A stretch of 64,000 nucleotides of DNA from an uncultured Planctomycetia bacterium. GTDB taxonomy: Bacteria > Omnitrophota > Gorgyraeia > Tantalellales > Tantalellaceae. Each line of letters begins with the position of its first letter. Position 1 is the first letter of the stretch. The DNA lies in NCBI GenBank assembly GCA_964572255.1, contig CAZNEE010000001.1:459587-523586 (forward strand). The letters run 5' to 3'. Below are positions 39,639 to 50,309 of this stretch, one piece after another. The position numbers and the translations under genes are program-made. The notes below the pieces were generated by a model. It made no database searches, was not told the DNA's origin, and saw only the letters and a program-made list of their open reading frames with translations.

Positions 39639-40591
39639 TGAAGAGCGCAATCAGATTAATAGTTGCTTTAGCGGTAATAATCACTATAGCTTTTATAACA
39701 GGCACGATATACATAGTAAGCGAGATACAGCAAGTTGTTATTACGCAATTCGGCAAACCTGTCGGTGCGCCTGTAACGGCGGCGGGTCTGCATCTCAAGC
39801 TTCCGTTCGTACAACAGGCACATTACTTTGATGAAAGACTTTTGGATTGGGACGGCGACCCGAACCAGATACCGACAAGAGATAAGAAATATATCTGGGT
39901 GGATACGACCGCACGATGGAGGATCGTTGATGCCTTGAAATTCCTGCAGTCGGTCGGCAACGAAAGGGGAGCTCATGCCCGCTTGGATGATATTGTCAAT
40001 TCAGCTACGAGAGACGTCATAACCGGCCACATGCTTGTCGAGACAATAAGGGACACCAACCGCATTCTTGAAACTGAAATTAAAGAGGGAGCGATAGCCC
40101 TTGCTGAAGAGGCTTTGGAGAAGATCTATTCCGGCCGTGAAAAGCTTGAAAAGGGGATACTCGACAGGGCCGAAGTGATCGCGCCTCAGTATGGTATTGA
40201 AATCATTGATGTGCGCATAAAACGTATAAGTTATATTGAAGATGTAAGAAAGAAGGTCTATGACCGCATGATCTCTGAAAGAAAACGCGCCGCTGAACAG
40301 TATCGCTCCGAAGGCCGCGGGAAAAGCGCCGAGATAAAAGGACAGATGGAGAAAGAACTGAAACTCATAACGTCGGATGCTTACAGGCAGGCCCAGGGGA
40401 TAAGAGGGCAGGCTGACGCTGAAGCGACATCAATATATGCCGGAGCTTACAATCAGGATCCCGAATTTTATTCTTTCATGAAAACGCTTGAAACTTACAG
40501 GAATACCGTTGACGAAAGTACGACACTTATACTTACAACTGACGGGGATTATTACAAGTACCTGAAAAAACTTAACGTTTCCGGGAGATAA
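39638..40591 (+). CDS. hflC: Band-7 (SPFH) family protein HflC.
   Basis: An N-terminal TM segment is followed by an SPFH domain (QQVVITQFGKPVGAPVTAAGLHLKLPF). The gene directly follows hflK with an ATGA overlap. Confidence 0.85.
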   Translation: MKSAIRLIVALAVIITIAFITGTIYIVSEIQQVVITQFGKPVGAPVTAAGLHLKLPFVQQAHYFDERLLDWDGDPNQIPTRDKKYIWVDTTARWRIVDALKFLQSVGNERGAHARLDDIVNSATRDVITGHMLVETIRDTNRILETEIKEGAIALAEEALEKIYSGREKLEKGILDRAEVIAPQYGIEIIDVRIKRISYIEDVRKKVYDRMISERKRAAEQYRSEGRGKSAEIKGQMEKELKLITSDAYRQAQGIRGQADAEATSIYAGAYNQDPEFYSFMKTLETYRNTVDESTTLILTTDGDYYKYLKKLNVSGR

Positions 40592-40620
40592 TTCAAGGAT
40601 ATATTGCCAGAATAAAAAAT

Positions 40621-40649
40621 AGCCCGCCGTGAAAGGCGGGCTATTTTTT
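40621..40649. terminator. Bidirectional intrinsic terminator between convergent hflC (+) and lpxD (-).
   Basis: AGCCCGCC-GTGAAA-GGCGGGCT is a perfect 8-bp GC-rich stem. It is flanked by an A-run on the 5' side and a T-run on the 3' side. Confidence 0.6.
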
Positions 40650-41661
40650 ATTCATCAGAAACTTCTCTTAATAATTTTCTCAGCTTTTTGGAGTGTTTCT
40701 CAAGCCAGGATAGAAAAGCCAGTTCACTTTTAGATTTTTTTGCGTCTTTGGCCGGATAGCCGAAGATGGTCTCATTGTCCCTGATAAGGCCTATGACTCC
40801 GGACTGCGCGCCTATTTTAACATTACTGCCTATTTTTACGTGATCCGCCACGCCGACTTGTCCTCCTACCAGGGTTCCGTCGCCTACGCTTGAACTTCCC
40901 GCGATGCCGGTTTGGGCGGCGACCATGACGTTCCTGCCGATCTTATCGTTATGGGCGATCTGGACAAGATTATCCAGTTTCGATCCTTTTCCTATGACCG
41001 TGGTTGTGAATGTACCTCTGTCTATACAGGTATTCGCGCCGATCTCTACTTCATCTTCTATGACTACATTGCCCAGCTGAGGCACTTTATAGACTTTGCC
41101 TTCACGGCTGACATACCCAAAACCGTCAGCGCCTATGACAGAACCGGAGTGGATGCCGACTTTATTTCCGATCACGGTAAGATCGTAGATGGTAACGTTC
41201 GGATAAATTTGCGTTGAGGCGCCGATCTTCACGTTTTTTCCTATTACGCAATTTGCCCCGATAGAGGAGTTGTCGCCTACAGTCGTATTTTTTCCGACGA
41301 TAGCATAAGGCCCTATTGAAACGTTTTTACCGAGCTTTACATTCCCGGCTAGAACCGCTGTTTTGTGTATTGTGCCTTTTGCAGGGGGCTTATTATTCTC
41401 TATGATGTTATAAAGCATCGTTACGGCTAATTTCATGTCCTTAACCAGGATGGCTGTTTTAGCAAGATCCGGCGCTTCACCGGCAGTGAGCACGCATGAA
41501 GCCGCGCTTTTACCGGCTTCTTCAAAGTTTTTTTCGTCCGCAATAAATGTTATTTCGCCTTCTTTCGCGAAAGAAGGGGCGGACATGCCGTGTATTTGCG
41601 CGTTACCGTCTCCGACGACTTTCCCGTCCAGCAATTTTGCTATCTCATTTACAGTTATCAT
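40648..41661 (-). CDS. lpxD: UDP-3-O-acylglucosamine N-acyltransferase.
   Basis: The N-terminus [15 protein letters not shown]...IHGMSAP is followed by a left-handed beta-helix with hexapeptide repeats. The product is 337 aa. Confidence 0.85.
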   Translation of the reverse strand: MITVNEIAKLLDGKVVGDGNAQIHGMSAPSFAKEGEITFIADEKNFEEAGKSAASCVLTAGEAPDLAKTAILVKDMKLAVTMLYNIIENNKPPAKGTIHKTAVLAGNVKLGKNVSIGPYAIVGKNTTVGDNSSIGANCVIGKNVKIGASTQIYPNVTIYDLTVIGNKVGIHSGSVIGADGFGYVSREGKVYKVPQLGNVVIEDEVEIGANTCIDRGTFTTTVIGKGSKLDNLVQIAHNDKIGRNVMVAAQTGIAGSSSVGDGTLVGGQVGVADHVKIGSNVKIGAQSGVIGLIRDNETIFGYPAKDAKKSKSELAFLSWLEKHSKKLRKLLREVSDE

Positions 41662-41815
41662 TAAATACCTCCGAAGATATTTTGAGAGTCCAGAAATTAA
41701 CTATAATATCCTAACACAATTATAAAATTTGACAATGTTTAACTTGCAAATCATCTGATATGGTATTATTATAATATCTATTATCATATCCTTATAATAT
41801 AAAGGGAGGCGGAAC

Positions 41816-41998
41816 ATGGCTGCAAAAAAGAAAAATCTGAAAAAAGTTTCCAAAGCGCAAGTCAAGACATTCAAGATCAAGAACCGAAAAGGCTATGCGG
41901 CAGTTTGCATGAATAACGTAACGGAGGGTTCTTCGGTGTCCCTGGCGCTTGACAGGATGAATAAAGCGCTCAAGAGATCGGGATACACTCTCGGCTGA
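41816..41998 (+). CDS. Small lysine-rich basic protein of 60 aa (hypothetical).
   Basis: A strong ribosome-binding site AAAGGGAGG precedes the start. The translation is MAAKKKNLKKVSKAQVKTFKIKNRKGYAAVCMNNV.... Confidence 0.4.
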   Translation: MAAKKKNLKKVSKAQVKTFKIKNRKGYAAVCMNNVTEGSSVSLALDRMNKALKRSGYTLG

Positions 41999-42004
41999 TA
42001 AGAA

Positions 42005-42970
42005 GTGAAAATATTAGTTACAGGCGCGACAGGTTTTATCGGTCAAAGATTTGTCGAAAGTATCCTGCCGGAGGGAAATGAGATCTTCTCGCTTGTGAGA
42101 AAAACAAGCAAGGTTGATTTTTTAAAAAAGGCGGGAATTTCTCTCATTACTGCGGATATAGCAGACCGGGAGGAAGTGGAGAAAGTCTTTTCCGAGGTTC
42201 GGCCCGATGTTACGGTGCATTGTTCCGCCAGCGTCACTTCAGGTGATGAAGATGAGCTTTATAAAGCTAATGTGGTCGGAACCGAAAATATTTGCTCTGC
42301 GTGCTTGAAATATTGCACGGATCGCCTTGTATATCTAAGTTCGGTTTCGGTGGTAAGCGGAAATACCGAAACTCCCCTAAGGGATGATATGCCGTATAAA
42401 GCCACAAGCGCTTACGGCCGGTCAAAAATAGAAGCTGAAAAAAAAGTTTTAAGATACAGGGACAAAGGGCTGCGCGCGGTCGTACTCAGGCCGTGCATGG
42501 TTTACGGGGAAGAAGAACCGCATGCACTTGATAAAATACTCCGGAGGGTATCAAAAAGACTGGTTCCGGTGATCTCCATGCCGGGAGTGAAGGACAAGCT
42601 GCATCTGGCATATATTGATAATGTTGTAGATGCGATGCGGCTTGCCATGGGAAAGCCTCAAGCGCTTTCGGGTACGTTTATCATCGCCGACAGGGAGATA
42701 ATATCGATAAGAAAATTTATTGAGATCCTCTCCGATGAGCTTGGCGCGGGAAAACCTTTCGTGATACCGGTTTTTTTAGTTAAGACCGCTCTTATAGTCC
42801 CGTTTATAAGGAAAAAATTCAACAGGATATTTAAAGACAGGATATATGATATAAGCCGGGCAGTTAGCGAGCTTGGCTATGACCCAAAGATCTCGACCGA
42901 AGAGGCTTTAAGAAAAACCGCTCGGTATTGGGGGACGCCCCATTTGGGGACACCCCACAAGGGAGAATAA
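42005..42970 (+). CDS. NAD-dependent epimerase/dehydratase (extended SDR).
   Basis: The Rossmann motif ILVTGATGFIG and a YxxxK catalytic motif are present. The C-terminal residues (WGTPHLGTPHKGE) are encoded by the MITE-like element. Confidence 0.75.
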   Translation: MKILVTGATGFIGQRFVESILPEGNEIFSLVRKTSKVDFLKKAGISLITADIADREEVEKVFSEVRPDVTVHCSASVTSGDEDELYKANVVGTENICSACLKYCTDRLVYLSSVSVVSGNTETPLRDDMPYKATSAYGRSKIEAEKKVLRYRDKGLRAVVLRPCMVYGEEEPHALDKILRRVSKRLVPVISMPGVKDKLHLAYIDNVVDAMRLAMGKPQALSGTFIIADREIISIRKFIEILSDELGAGKPFVIPVFLVKTALIVPFIRKKFNRIFKDRIYDISRAVSELGYDPKISTEEALRKTARYWGTPHLGTPHKGE

Positions 42971-43026
42971 GCATAAAAAATTATACTTGGTTAGCTATAT
43001 GGGGTGTCCCCAAATGGGGCGTCCCC
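42931..43026. repeat. MITE-like element, copy 2. It has perfect 26-bp terminal inverted repeats (GGGGACGCCCCATTTGGGGACACCCC / GGGGTGTCCCCAAATGGGGCGTCCCC).
   Basis: The terminal repeats can be read directly. They match copy 1 except for one position (C versus T at the centre). The interior is the approximate reverse complement of copy 1's interior. Confidence 0.6.
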
Positions 43027-43037
43027 CTTCAAATGAT

Positions 43038-43949
43038 ATGTCGAGAATAACTATAACTATACTTGGAACGACAGCGGGCGTTCCGACAAGAGAAAGAGCT
43101 CACACGGCTATTCATCTTAATTATGATGATGGTGAGCAGTTCAATTATCTTTTTGACTGCGGTGAAGGCGCTCAAAGACAGATGATGATAGCCGGTCTCA
43201 ATATCATGAAGTTGGAAGGCGTATTCATAACGCACTGGCATGGCGATCATTGCCTGGGCTTACCGGGGATGGTAGACACAATGGGATTTGAGTCAAGAGA
43301 ACGACCTTTGGATATTTTTGCCCCGGAAGCAAAAAGGATAAAAAAAGCTTTAAGCGTTACTTATTCAATGGGGAATTTTAAGATCATCCCGCACGATGTC
43401 CCTCTAAGAGGAGAGAAGGAATTCAAGGTATTGGACGAGGAAAGGTTCAGTATAATCTCTTTACCCATGAAGCATAGCGTTCCCACGGTCGCTTATGCGC
43501 TGGTTGAAAAAAATAAGACGCAGATCGATCTTAAAAAAGCTACAGCGTTGGGGCTTCCCGAAAAAGGTGAGATATATAACGAGATAAAGACCAGAGGCAT
43601 GGCATCTTTTGAGGGCAGAAAAATCGCTTTAGAGGATATTTCATCGACCAGGAAAGGCAAAAGATTTGTTTTCTCCGGAGATACCGAAGTTTCTGAAAAT
43701 CTCAAAAAGTTAGTCAGGGATGCGGATCTATTGGTGCAGGATTGCACGTATTTTGAGGATCTTAAGGACAAGCCTCATCAACATGCGACGTTGCCGGAGG
43801 TGCTGGATATGGTGGAGAAGGAAAATGTCAAAAAAACTGTTCTTACGCATATAAGCCGCAAATACCAGGATCCCGAAGAGCTTGAAAGGCTAGTCAGTAA
43901 TTATCCCAATGTTGGAGTCGCAAAAGACTTTAAGAGGATAGAGATATGA
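43038..43949 (+). CDS. rnz: Ribonuclease Z / metallo-beta-lactamase-fold tRNA 3' processing enzyme. The start was moved to the ATG at 43038, outside the repeat element.
   Basis: The stretch ITILGTTAGVPTRERAHTAIHLN...ITHWHGDHCLGLPG contains the HxHxDH metallo-beta-lactamase motif and resembles short-form RNase Z. Confidence 0.7.
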   Translation: MSRITITILGTTAGVPTRERAHTAIHLNYDDGEQFNYLFDCGEGAQRQMMIAGLNIMKLEGVFITHWHGDHCLGLPGMVDTMGFESRERPLDIFAPEAKRIKKALSVTYSMGNFKIIPHDVPLRGEKEFKVLDEERFSIISLPMKHSVPTVAYALVEKNKTQIDLKKATALGLPEKGEIYNEIKTRGMASFEGRKIALEDISSTRKGKRFVFSGDTEVSENLKKLVRDADLLVQDCTYFEDLKDKPHQHATLPEVLDMVEKENVKKTVLTHISRKYQDPEELERLVSNYPNVGVAKDFKRIEI

Positions 43950-44488
43950 AGGTCCTATTGCACATATGCTGCGGCGTGTGCGCAACGGCAGTCGCTGAAA
44001 AACTCTTGATCGAGGGGTACGAGCTAACAGGTTTTTTTTATAATCCCAACATACATCCCGAAGATGAATACAAGCGGCGGCTCGATTCGGCAAAAAAAGT
44101 TGCGGAACATCTGAAATTTGAACTTATAGAAGGCATTTACGACAGAGAAAACTGGTTCCCGCAAGTTAAAGGCTTGGAGTATGAACCTGAAGGCGGCAAG
44201 CGCTGCATCGCTTGTTTCCGCATGCGCCTCTCTAAAACGTATGAAGTAATGAGGAAGAAGAATTTCGACAGGTTCACGACCACTTTAAGCGTAAGTCCCT
44301 TGAAAGACGCCACTTACATAAACAAGATAGGAATGGAGATAGGCGGTGAGAAGTTCATCGTAGATGATTTTAAGAAAAAAGGCGGTTTCCAAAGAGCTGT
44401 GGAACTTTCCAAGGAGTGGGGATTATACAGGCAGGATTACTGCGGATGTATTTACAGCAAGGAAGAATCCCTTAAGAAAAGAAAATGA
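43946..44488 (+). CDS. queH: Epoxyqueuosine reductase QueH (DUF208).
   Basis: The N-terminus MKVLLHICCGVCA, additional conserved Cys residues (CIACFRMR, YCGCIYS) and a ~180-aa length support the call. Confidence 0.65.
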   Translation: MKVLLHICCGVCATAVAEKLLIEGYELTGFFYNPNIHPEDEYKRRLDSAKKVAEHLKFELIEGIYDRENWFPQVKGLEYEPEGGKRCIACFRMRLSKTYEVMRKKNFDRFTTTLSVSPLKDATYINKIGMEIGGEKFIVDDFKKKGGFQRAVELSKEWGLYRQDYCGCIYSKEESLKKRK

Positions 44489-45501
44489 AAAGTATAACAA
44501 GATCGACATTCTTGAAACGCGTACACGATACTATCAAACATTACGATATGTTAAAAAAAGGCGACAAGGTGCTTGTTGCTGTATCGGGCGGTCCGGACTC
44601 TGTATGCCTCTTGGACGCGCTTTTAAATCTTAAGAAAAAACTTGGCATAGAACTTGTTGTTGCGAACATGGATCATGGGATAAGAGGGATCGAATCGCGC
44701 GGGGACTCCGATTTTGTAAGGGATTTAGCGAAAAAAACAAATCTGAAGTTTATCCATAAAAGGATCGCCCTGAAAGGCACAAAAAGAAGCAAGCTCTCGC
44801 TTGAGGAGCGCGCAAGAGAAAAAAGATACACCTTTTTAAAAGATGCAGCCAAGAAAAACAGCTGCAATATTATCGCAACAGGGCACACGCTTGATGATCA
44901 GGCGGAGACTGTTCTTATGAGAATTATTAGCGGGACATCTTTTTTCTCTATTGCGGGAATACCCCCTGCAAGAAATGACGGTAAGGTGAAGATCATAAGG
45001 CCGCTGATCAGGACAAGCAAAGACGATATCTTAAAATATCTGAAAAAAGAAAAATTGACCTTCGTTAAAGATAAGACCAATCGCGATACGAATATTTTAA
45101 GGAACGCTGTAAGGCTTAAAATGATCCCTTTTCTTGAAGGGTATAACCCGAGGCTGAAAAGGGTTCTTGTGAATTTTGCGGATACGGCAAGAGAAGATGC
45201 CGCCTTCTTGAACGAACTTAAGAGGGAAGCAAAGGGCTCTTTAACGGCAAAAAAAGGAAAGGGCGAAGTATCAATAAAGTTGGCAGACTTGGTGATACAG
45301 CCGCGCGCGTTAAGAAAAGAAGTTTTCAAGGAAGCGATAGACCGCTCCGGCGGGAATATCAAAAAGCTCACGCATAGGCACTGGATGGAGGCGGATTACC
45401 TCCTTAGAAAGGGCACAAGCGGCAAATCCCTTGATTTCCCGGGGGATATACGTGTGACTAGATATAAAGATAAAATAGTTTTTAAAAAACGTCAAACTTG
45501 A
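44485..45501 (+). CDS. tilS: tRNA(Ile)-lysidine synthetase.
   Basis: The PP-loop is VLVAVSGGPDSVCLL. The motif ATGHTLDDQAETVLMR is present. Confidence 0.8.
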   Translation: MKSITRSTFLKRVHDTIKHYDMLKKGDKVLVAVSGGPDSVCLLDALLNLKKKLGIELVVANMDHGIRGIESRGDSDFVRDLAKKTNLKFIHKRIALKGTKRSKLSLEERAREKRYTFLKDAAKKNSCNIIATGHTLDDQAETVLMRIISGTSFFSIAGIPPARNDGKVKIIRPLIRTSKDDILKYLKKEKLTFVKDKTNRDTNILRNAVRLKMIPFLEGYNPRLKRVLVNFADTAREDAAFLNELKREAKGSLTAKKGKGEVSIKLADLVIQPRALRKEVFKEAIDRSGGNIKKLTHRHWMEADYLLRKGTSGKSLDFPGDIRVTRYKDKIVFKKRQT

Positions 45502-45535
45502 CTTATTGGTGCTAATAATATAAATTATACATAAT

Positions 45536-47482
45536 ATGGACGGCAAGAATCTAAAAAACAATCAGAAAAAACGGCCCGGTATGCCGAAAAAACCGCCTGT
45601 TAAAGAAGGCAAAAATCTCTTTATATGGCTGCTTGTCATAATGGCGCTGTTTTATATTTTCCAGTGGGTGTTCACATCCCTGGAAGGCACTTCCACGCAA
45701 ATGACATATAAAGAGTTCTACCAGATGGTGGAGGACAATAATCAGACCGGGCATATCATCCAGGCGGTAAAGGTCAATGACAGGGTGAGCGGGAAACTGG
45801 CTGACGGCAAGACTTTTACCATTCATATGCCCGAAGACGACCAGAAGCTTATCGCGCTCATGCGTACCAATATACCCGATTTTGACGTTAAACCGCCTCA
45901 GACGTTCCTTTCCAATCTTTTTTATTCGCTGGGACCGATGCTTCTTTTTATCTTCTTCCTCTGGTTTTTTATCTACAGGGGGGCATCTGCCGGAGGCGGA
46001 AGGATGATGGCGTTCGGCAAATCAAGAGCGAGACTTGCTTCAAAAGATAAAATGAAGATCACTTTCAACGATGTCGCGGGGATAGAAGAGGCCAAGGAAG
46101 AGCTGAAAGAGGTCATAGAGTTTTTAAAGGATCCGCGTAAGTTCCAAAAACTCGGCGGTAAAATGCCTAAGGGGATTCTTCTTATGGGCCCTCCGGGAAC
46201 GGGCAAGACCCTGCTTGCAAAAGCGGTTGCGGGTGAAGCGGACGTGCCGTTCTTCAGTATTTCAGGATCGGACTTTGTTGAGATGTTCGTCGGTGTCGGG
46301 GCGTCCCGCGTAAGAGACCTTTTTGAACAGGCGAAAAAGTCTTCTGTGCTGAGCAAGAAGGGATGCATTATTTTCATGGATGAGATCGATGCTGTCGGCA
46401 GACAGCGTTTTGCCGGCATAGGCGGCGGCCATGATGAAAGGGAACAGACGCTTAATGCTCTTTTAGCGGAGATGGACGGTTTTGATACAGGAACAGGCGT
46501 TATTTTAATAGCGGCTACCAACAGGCCCGATGTGCTTGACCCGGCGCTTTTAAGACCGGGCCGTTTTGACAGGCAGATAGTTGTAGACAGGCCCGATATA
46601 GCCGGAAGAGAAGCTATTCTTAAAGTTCATGCCAGAAACGTAAAACTTGATAAAGAAGTTGATTTCGGCACGGTGGCAAAACAGACAGCGGGTTTTTCGG
46701 GGGCTGATCTTGCCAACCTTATAAACGAAGCCGCGCTTCTCGGCGCAAGAAGGGATAAAAAGGCCGTAGGGATGTCCGAGCTTCAGGAATCCATGGAACG
46801 TGTCATGGCGGGGCCTGAAAGAAGATCCCGGAAAATAAGCGAAGAAGAAAAGAAAACGATAGCGTATCATGAATCAGGCCACGCGCTCATGTCGTATCTG
46901 ATAGAAGAAGTGGACCCTCTTCATAAGGTGACTATCGTATCAAGAGGCATGGCGCTTGGATATACCATGCACCTGCCTCAAAAAGACAGGTACCTGCGTA
47001 AGAGAAGCCAGTATCTGGGAATAATAACAAGCCTTTTGGGAGGCAGGGTAAGCGAAGAGCTGGTGTTTAATGAGATCTCTGACGGAGCGCAGGATGATAT
47101 AAAGCGAGCGACCGCGCTTGCAAGGGACATGGTGACCATGTACGGTATGAGCGATAAACTGGGGCATCTTACTTTCGGCAAACGTCACGACCAGGTTTTT
47201 CTCGGACGCGATATTACTGAAGAGAGGAATTACAGCGAAGATACCGCGAAAGTGATCGATGAAGAAGTTAAAAAAATAGTGGATTCCTGCTATGAAAAGG
47301 CAAAAGAAAAACTCACGGCAAACAGGGATAAACTGGATCTTCTTGCGAATAAGTTGATAGAGAAGGAAACGCTTGATGAATCAGAGGTTTGTAAGCTTTT
47401 AGGTTTTGATAAAAAAAGCCCGCAGGAAAAATTAGAAGAAAGGCATCTGCAGCAAGAGGATAAAGAAAAACTTGAAAGTTAA
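45536..47482 (+). CDS. ftsH: ATP-dependent zinc metalloprotease FtsH.
   Basis: Two TM segments are followed by an AAA module ([17 protein letters not shown]) and an HEXXH motif (HESGHAL). Confidence 0.9.
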   Translation: MDGKNLKNNQKKRPGMPKKPPVKEGKNLFIWLLVIMALFYIFQWVFTSLEGTSTQMTYKEFYQMVEDNNQTGHIIQAVKVNDRVSGKLADGKTFTIHMPEDDQKLIALMRTNIPDFDVKPPQTFLSNLFYSLGPMLLFIFFLWFFIYRGASAGGGRMMAFGKSRARLASKDKMKITFNDVAGIEEAKEELKEVIEFLKDPRKFQKLGGKMPKGILLMGPPGTGKTLLAKAVAGEADVPFFSISGSDFVEMFVGVGASRVRDLFEQAKKSSVLSKKGCIIFMDEIDAVGRQRFAGIGGGHDEREQTLNALLAEMDGFDTGTGVILIAATNRPDVLDPALLRPGRFDRQIVVDRPDIAGREAILKVHARNVKLDKEVDFGTVAKQTAGFSGADLANLINEAALLGARRDKKAVGMSELQESMERVMAGPERRSRKISEEEKKTIAYHESGHALMSYLIEEVDPLHKVTIVSRGMALGYTMHLPQKDRYLRKRSQYLGIITSLLGGRVSEELVFNEISDGAQDDIKRATALARDMVTMYGMSDKLGHLTFGKRHDQVFLGRDITEERNYSEDTAKVIDEEVKKIVDSCYEKAKEKLTANRDKLDLLANKLIEKETLDESEVCKLLGFDKKSPQEKLEERHLQQEDKEKLES

Positions 47483-48302
47483 AGCTTACGATATCTCTCT
47501 TGGAGAACGAACATGCATCATGGGCGTACTCAATATCACGCCCGACTCTTTCAGCGACGGAGGAAAATACTTAGATAAAGAAAAAGCCGTCCAAAGAGCA
47601 ATGGAGATGGCCCGAGGCGGCGCGGATATCATTGATATAGGCGGAGAATCTTCCAGGCCAGGCGCAGTGAGTATAAGCGCCGCTGAAGAGATAGAAAGGG
47701 TCATACCGGTAGTAGAGGCATTAATAGGTAAGATAGAAGTGCCCATTTCGGTTGATACCCGAAAAAGCGAAGTCGCAAAAGAAGCTCTTTCAAAAGGCGC
47801 AAGTTTCATTAACGACATCACGGCTTTAAGAGCGGACGGCGATATGGCGAAAGTGATCGCCGATTTTGATGCCGGCTGTATCCTGATGCACATGAAGGGC
47901 GATCCGGAAAACATGCAGGATGCGCCGCATTATGATGATGTGATAGGTGAGATCTCGGCATATCTGGCCGAGTCGATAAAACTGGCCGAAGATTCCGGTA
48001 TTGATCCCGGGAAGATCATTATCGATCCCGGAATAGGTTTTGGAAAAACTTTGGAACACAATCTTTTGATCTTGAAGAACTTAGAAAGGTTCAAAGAGTT
48101 AGATAAGCCTATTATGGTGGGAACAAGCAGGAAATCTTTTATCGGGAAACTCACGGGTAAAGAAGCTGATGAGCGCATTTTCGGAACAGCCGCATCTATT
48201 GCGGCTGCGATATTGAACGGAGCGGATATTGTAAGAGTTCATGACGTGCCCCAGATGCGGGAAGTCTCTACAATTGCAGATTCAGTAAAGAGAGCAGGAT
48301 AA
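47472..48302 (+). CDS. folP: Dihydropteroate synthase.
   Basis: The motifs IMGVLNITPDSFSDGG and DIIDIGGESSRPG are present. Confidence 0.85.
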   Translation: MKVKAYDISLGERTCIMGVLNITPDSFSDGGKYLDKEKAVQRAMEMARGGADIIDIGGESSRPGAVSISAAEEIERVIPVVEALIGKIEVPISVDTRKSEVAKEALSKGASFINDITALRADGDMAKVIADFDAGCILMHMKGDPENMQDAPHYDDVIGEISAYLAESIKLAEDSGIDPGKIIIDPGIGFGKTLEHNLLILKNLERFKELDKPIMVGTSRKSFIGKLTGKEADERIFGTAASIAAAILNGADIVRVHDVPQMREVSTIADSVKRAG

Positions 48303-48304
48303 GA

Positions 48305-49129
48305 ATGGAATTTTTTCTGGGATATTGGGAAACCATACTCGAGATCATTATTCTCTGGGGGGTATATTACGCGATATTCCTGCTCTTAAAAGATACCGCC
48401 GCGGAACAGGTCCTCAAAGGCCTCATCATAATAACCGTGATCGTTATGCTTACCGGCGGGTTGAACCTGGTAGTCATAAACTGGCTTCTTACAAGACTTC
48501 TCGCCATATCCGTTATAGCATTTATTATTATTTTTCATCCTGAGATCAGAAGGGGTCTTGCCAGGATTGGCAGGATGGGCGTCTTTACCGCGGAGAGGGC
48601 TACAATAGACGAGATAACAAAAGCTGCCGGGGTATTGTCCAAGAAAAAGACCGGCGCGCTTATCGCCATCCAGCGGGAAACCGGCCTGAGGCGTTACGTG
48701 GAAAGCGGCGTTAATATAGATGCCGGGGTAACGAGCGAGCTGATAAACACGATATTCATGCCTAACACTCCTTTACATGACGGGGGGATAATTATTGCCG
48801 AGCAGCACATAGAGGCGGCGGCATGCCTATTTCCGTTAACACAGAACCCTAATATCCCGAAAACTACAGGCACAAGGCACAGGGCGGCTATAGGATTGAC
48901 CGAAGAGACCGATGCGATCGTTGTGGTCGTCAGCGAAGAGACCGGTGAGATCTCAGTGGCGGTAGCAGGAAAACTTACAAAAGATATTGACCTAAAAGAA
49001 CTCCCGAAAGTTCTTGAAAAGGCTTTCAGGCCGAAACGGAAGAAAGGGTCTTTTTCCAGGCTGTTAAAAAGTGTTATGGCGAGACGTTTATTCGGGGGAA
49101 TAAAGCTGACCCGAGATAAGGTTTCATGA
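48305..49129 (+). CDS. cdaA: Diadenylate cyclase (c-di-AMP synthase), membrane-anchored CdaA type.
   Basis: Three N-terminal TM helices are followed by a DAC domain (GALIAIQRETGL...LHDGGIII...GTRHRAAIGLTEETDAIVVVVSEETGEIS). Confidence 0.8.
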   Translation: MEFFLGYWETILEIIILWGVYYAIFLLLKDTAAEQVLKGLIIITVIVMLTGGLNLVVINWLLTRLLAISVIAFIIIFHPEIRRGLARIGRMGVFTAERATIDEITKAAGVLSKKKTGALIAIQRETGLRRYVESGVNIDAGVTSELINTIFMPNTPLHDGGIIIAEQHIEAAACLFPLTQNPNIPKTTGTRHRAAIGLTEETDAIVVVVSEETGEISVAVAGKLTKDIDLKELPKVLEKAFRPKRKKGSFSRLLKSVMARRLFGGIKLTRDKVS

Positions 49130-49578
49130 TGAGAATAAAAAACATGATCGTTAATAATTTCTGGTTAAAAGTTTTTTCGCTCATACTTGCGGTAGCGACC
49201 TGGTTTTATGTTTTTGATATCGTGAACAAGGATTCTCATCTTAAAAAGGATGAAACCGCTGAGGAGATCTTCCAGCGCTATAAATACAGCGTGAAAGAGG
49301 TGCCTGTTAAGCCTGTTTTCACGGGAAGAAGCCCCGAGGGATACAGAATAAATTTTGAGAAGGTGAAGATCGAACCCGCAACCATGCATGTTTTCGGCCC
49401 TGAAGAAGTGATCAAAGATGCCGAGGAACTCACAACTGAGCGGATCGACTTGAACGAATATACCCGAAGCTCCCATATTCAGGTGGGGGTGGAGTCAGAT
49501 ATAAAATTCCTGAAATTCGACGAGAAGCTGATCGATGTTTATCTTCCCGTTGAGACCGTTAACGGGGATAAGAAGTAG
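49126..49578 (+). CDS. cdaR: YbbR/CdaR-like protein with a single YbbR-like domain.
   Basis: An N-terminal TM segment, its position immediately after cdaA, and a YbbR-like beta-rich region support the call. Confidence 0.45.
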   Translation: MMRIKNMIVNNFWLKVFSLILAVATWFYVFDIVNKDSHLKKDETAEEIFQRYKYSVKEVPVKPVFTGRSPEGYRINFEKVKIEPATMHVFGPEEVIKDAEELTTERIDLNEYTRSSHIQVGVESDIKFLKFDEKLIDVYLPVETVNGDKK

Positions 49579-49592
49579 AAGAGAACAAATAA

Positions 49593-50309
49593 ATGCCGAA
49601 ACTTGGTGTTAATATAGATCACGTAGCAACTTTGAGAGAAGCGCGCAAGACTTTCGAACCGGATCCGCTCGAAGCCATGCGGAGTTGCGAAAAAGCCGGT
49701 TGTGACGGGATCGTATGTCACTTAAGAAAAGACAGGCGCCATATACTTGATGCGGATGTAGAAAAATTAAGAAAAGAAGTAAAGACACATCTCAACTTGG
49801 AGATGTCGGTCGATCCTGAAATAGTCGATATCGCATGCCGCGTAAAGCCCGACCAGGCAACGATCGTTCCCGAAAACAGGCAGGAGATTACCACCGAAGG
49901 CGGGCTTGATGTTGTGGGGAATTTAGGGAGAGTAAAAGAAGTTGCCGAGCGGCTTTCTAAAGAGGGGATAAAGGTAAGTCTTTTTATTGACCCGGAGGAG
50001 AAGCAGGTAGCATCTTCCAAGGAAGCCGGCGTATCAATGGTTGAGTTTCACACAGGACGGTATGCGGAAGCCTTTAATGCCGGAGGCGATTATAAAAAAG
50101 AGCTGGAAGATCTTATTAAGATGACGGAACTGGGGATAGATAAAGGTCTTACCGTATGCGCGGGGCATGGTCTTAATTATAAAAATGTTACTTTGGTTGC
50201 CCAAATAAAAGGCATGCATGAACTTAACATAGGCCATTCAATTATATCAAGATCGATATTTACAGGGATCGGTCTCGCCGTAAAAGAGATGAAGGACTTA
50301 ATATCATGA
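49593..50309 (+). CDS. pdxJ: Pyridoxine 5'-phosphate synthase.
   Basis: The N-terminus is MPKLGVNIDHVATLREAR. The motifs VCHLRKDRRHI and VEFHTGRYA are present. Confidence 0.9.
   Translation: MPKLGVNIDHVATLREARKTFEPDPLEAMRSCEKAGCDGIVCHLRKDRRHILDADVEKLRKEVKTHLNLEMSVDPEIVDIACRVKPDQATIVPENRQEITTEGGLDVVGNLGRVKEVAERLSKEGIKVSLFIDPEEKQVASSKEAGVSMVEFHTGRYAEAFNAGGDYKKELEDLIKMTELGIDKGLTVCAGHGLNYKNVTLVAQIKGMHELNIGHSIISRSIFTGIGLAVKEMKDLIS

Noticed and set aside
41816-41998. Considered calling the 60-aa lysine-rich protein ribosomal protein S21 or S20.
   Set aside because: The sequence does not match the S21, S20, L28, L33 or L35 consensus sequences I can recall. It is left as hypothetical.
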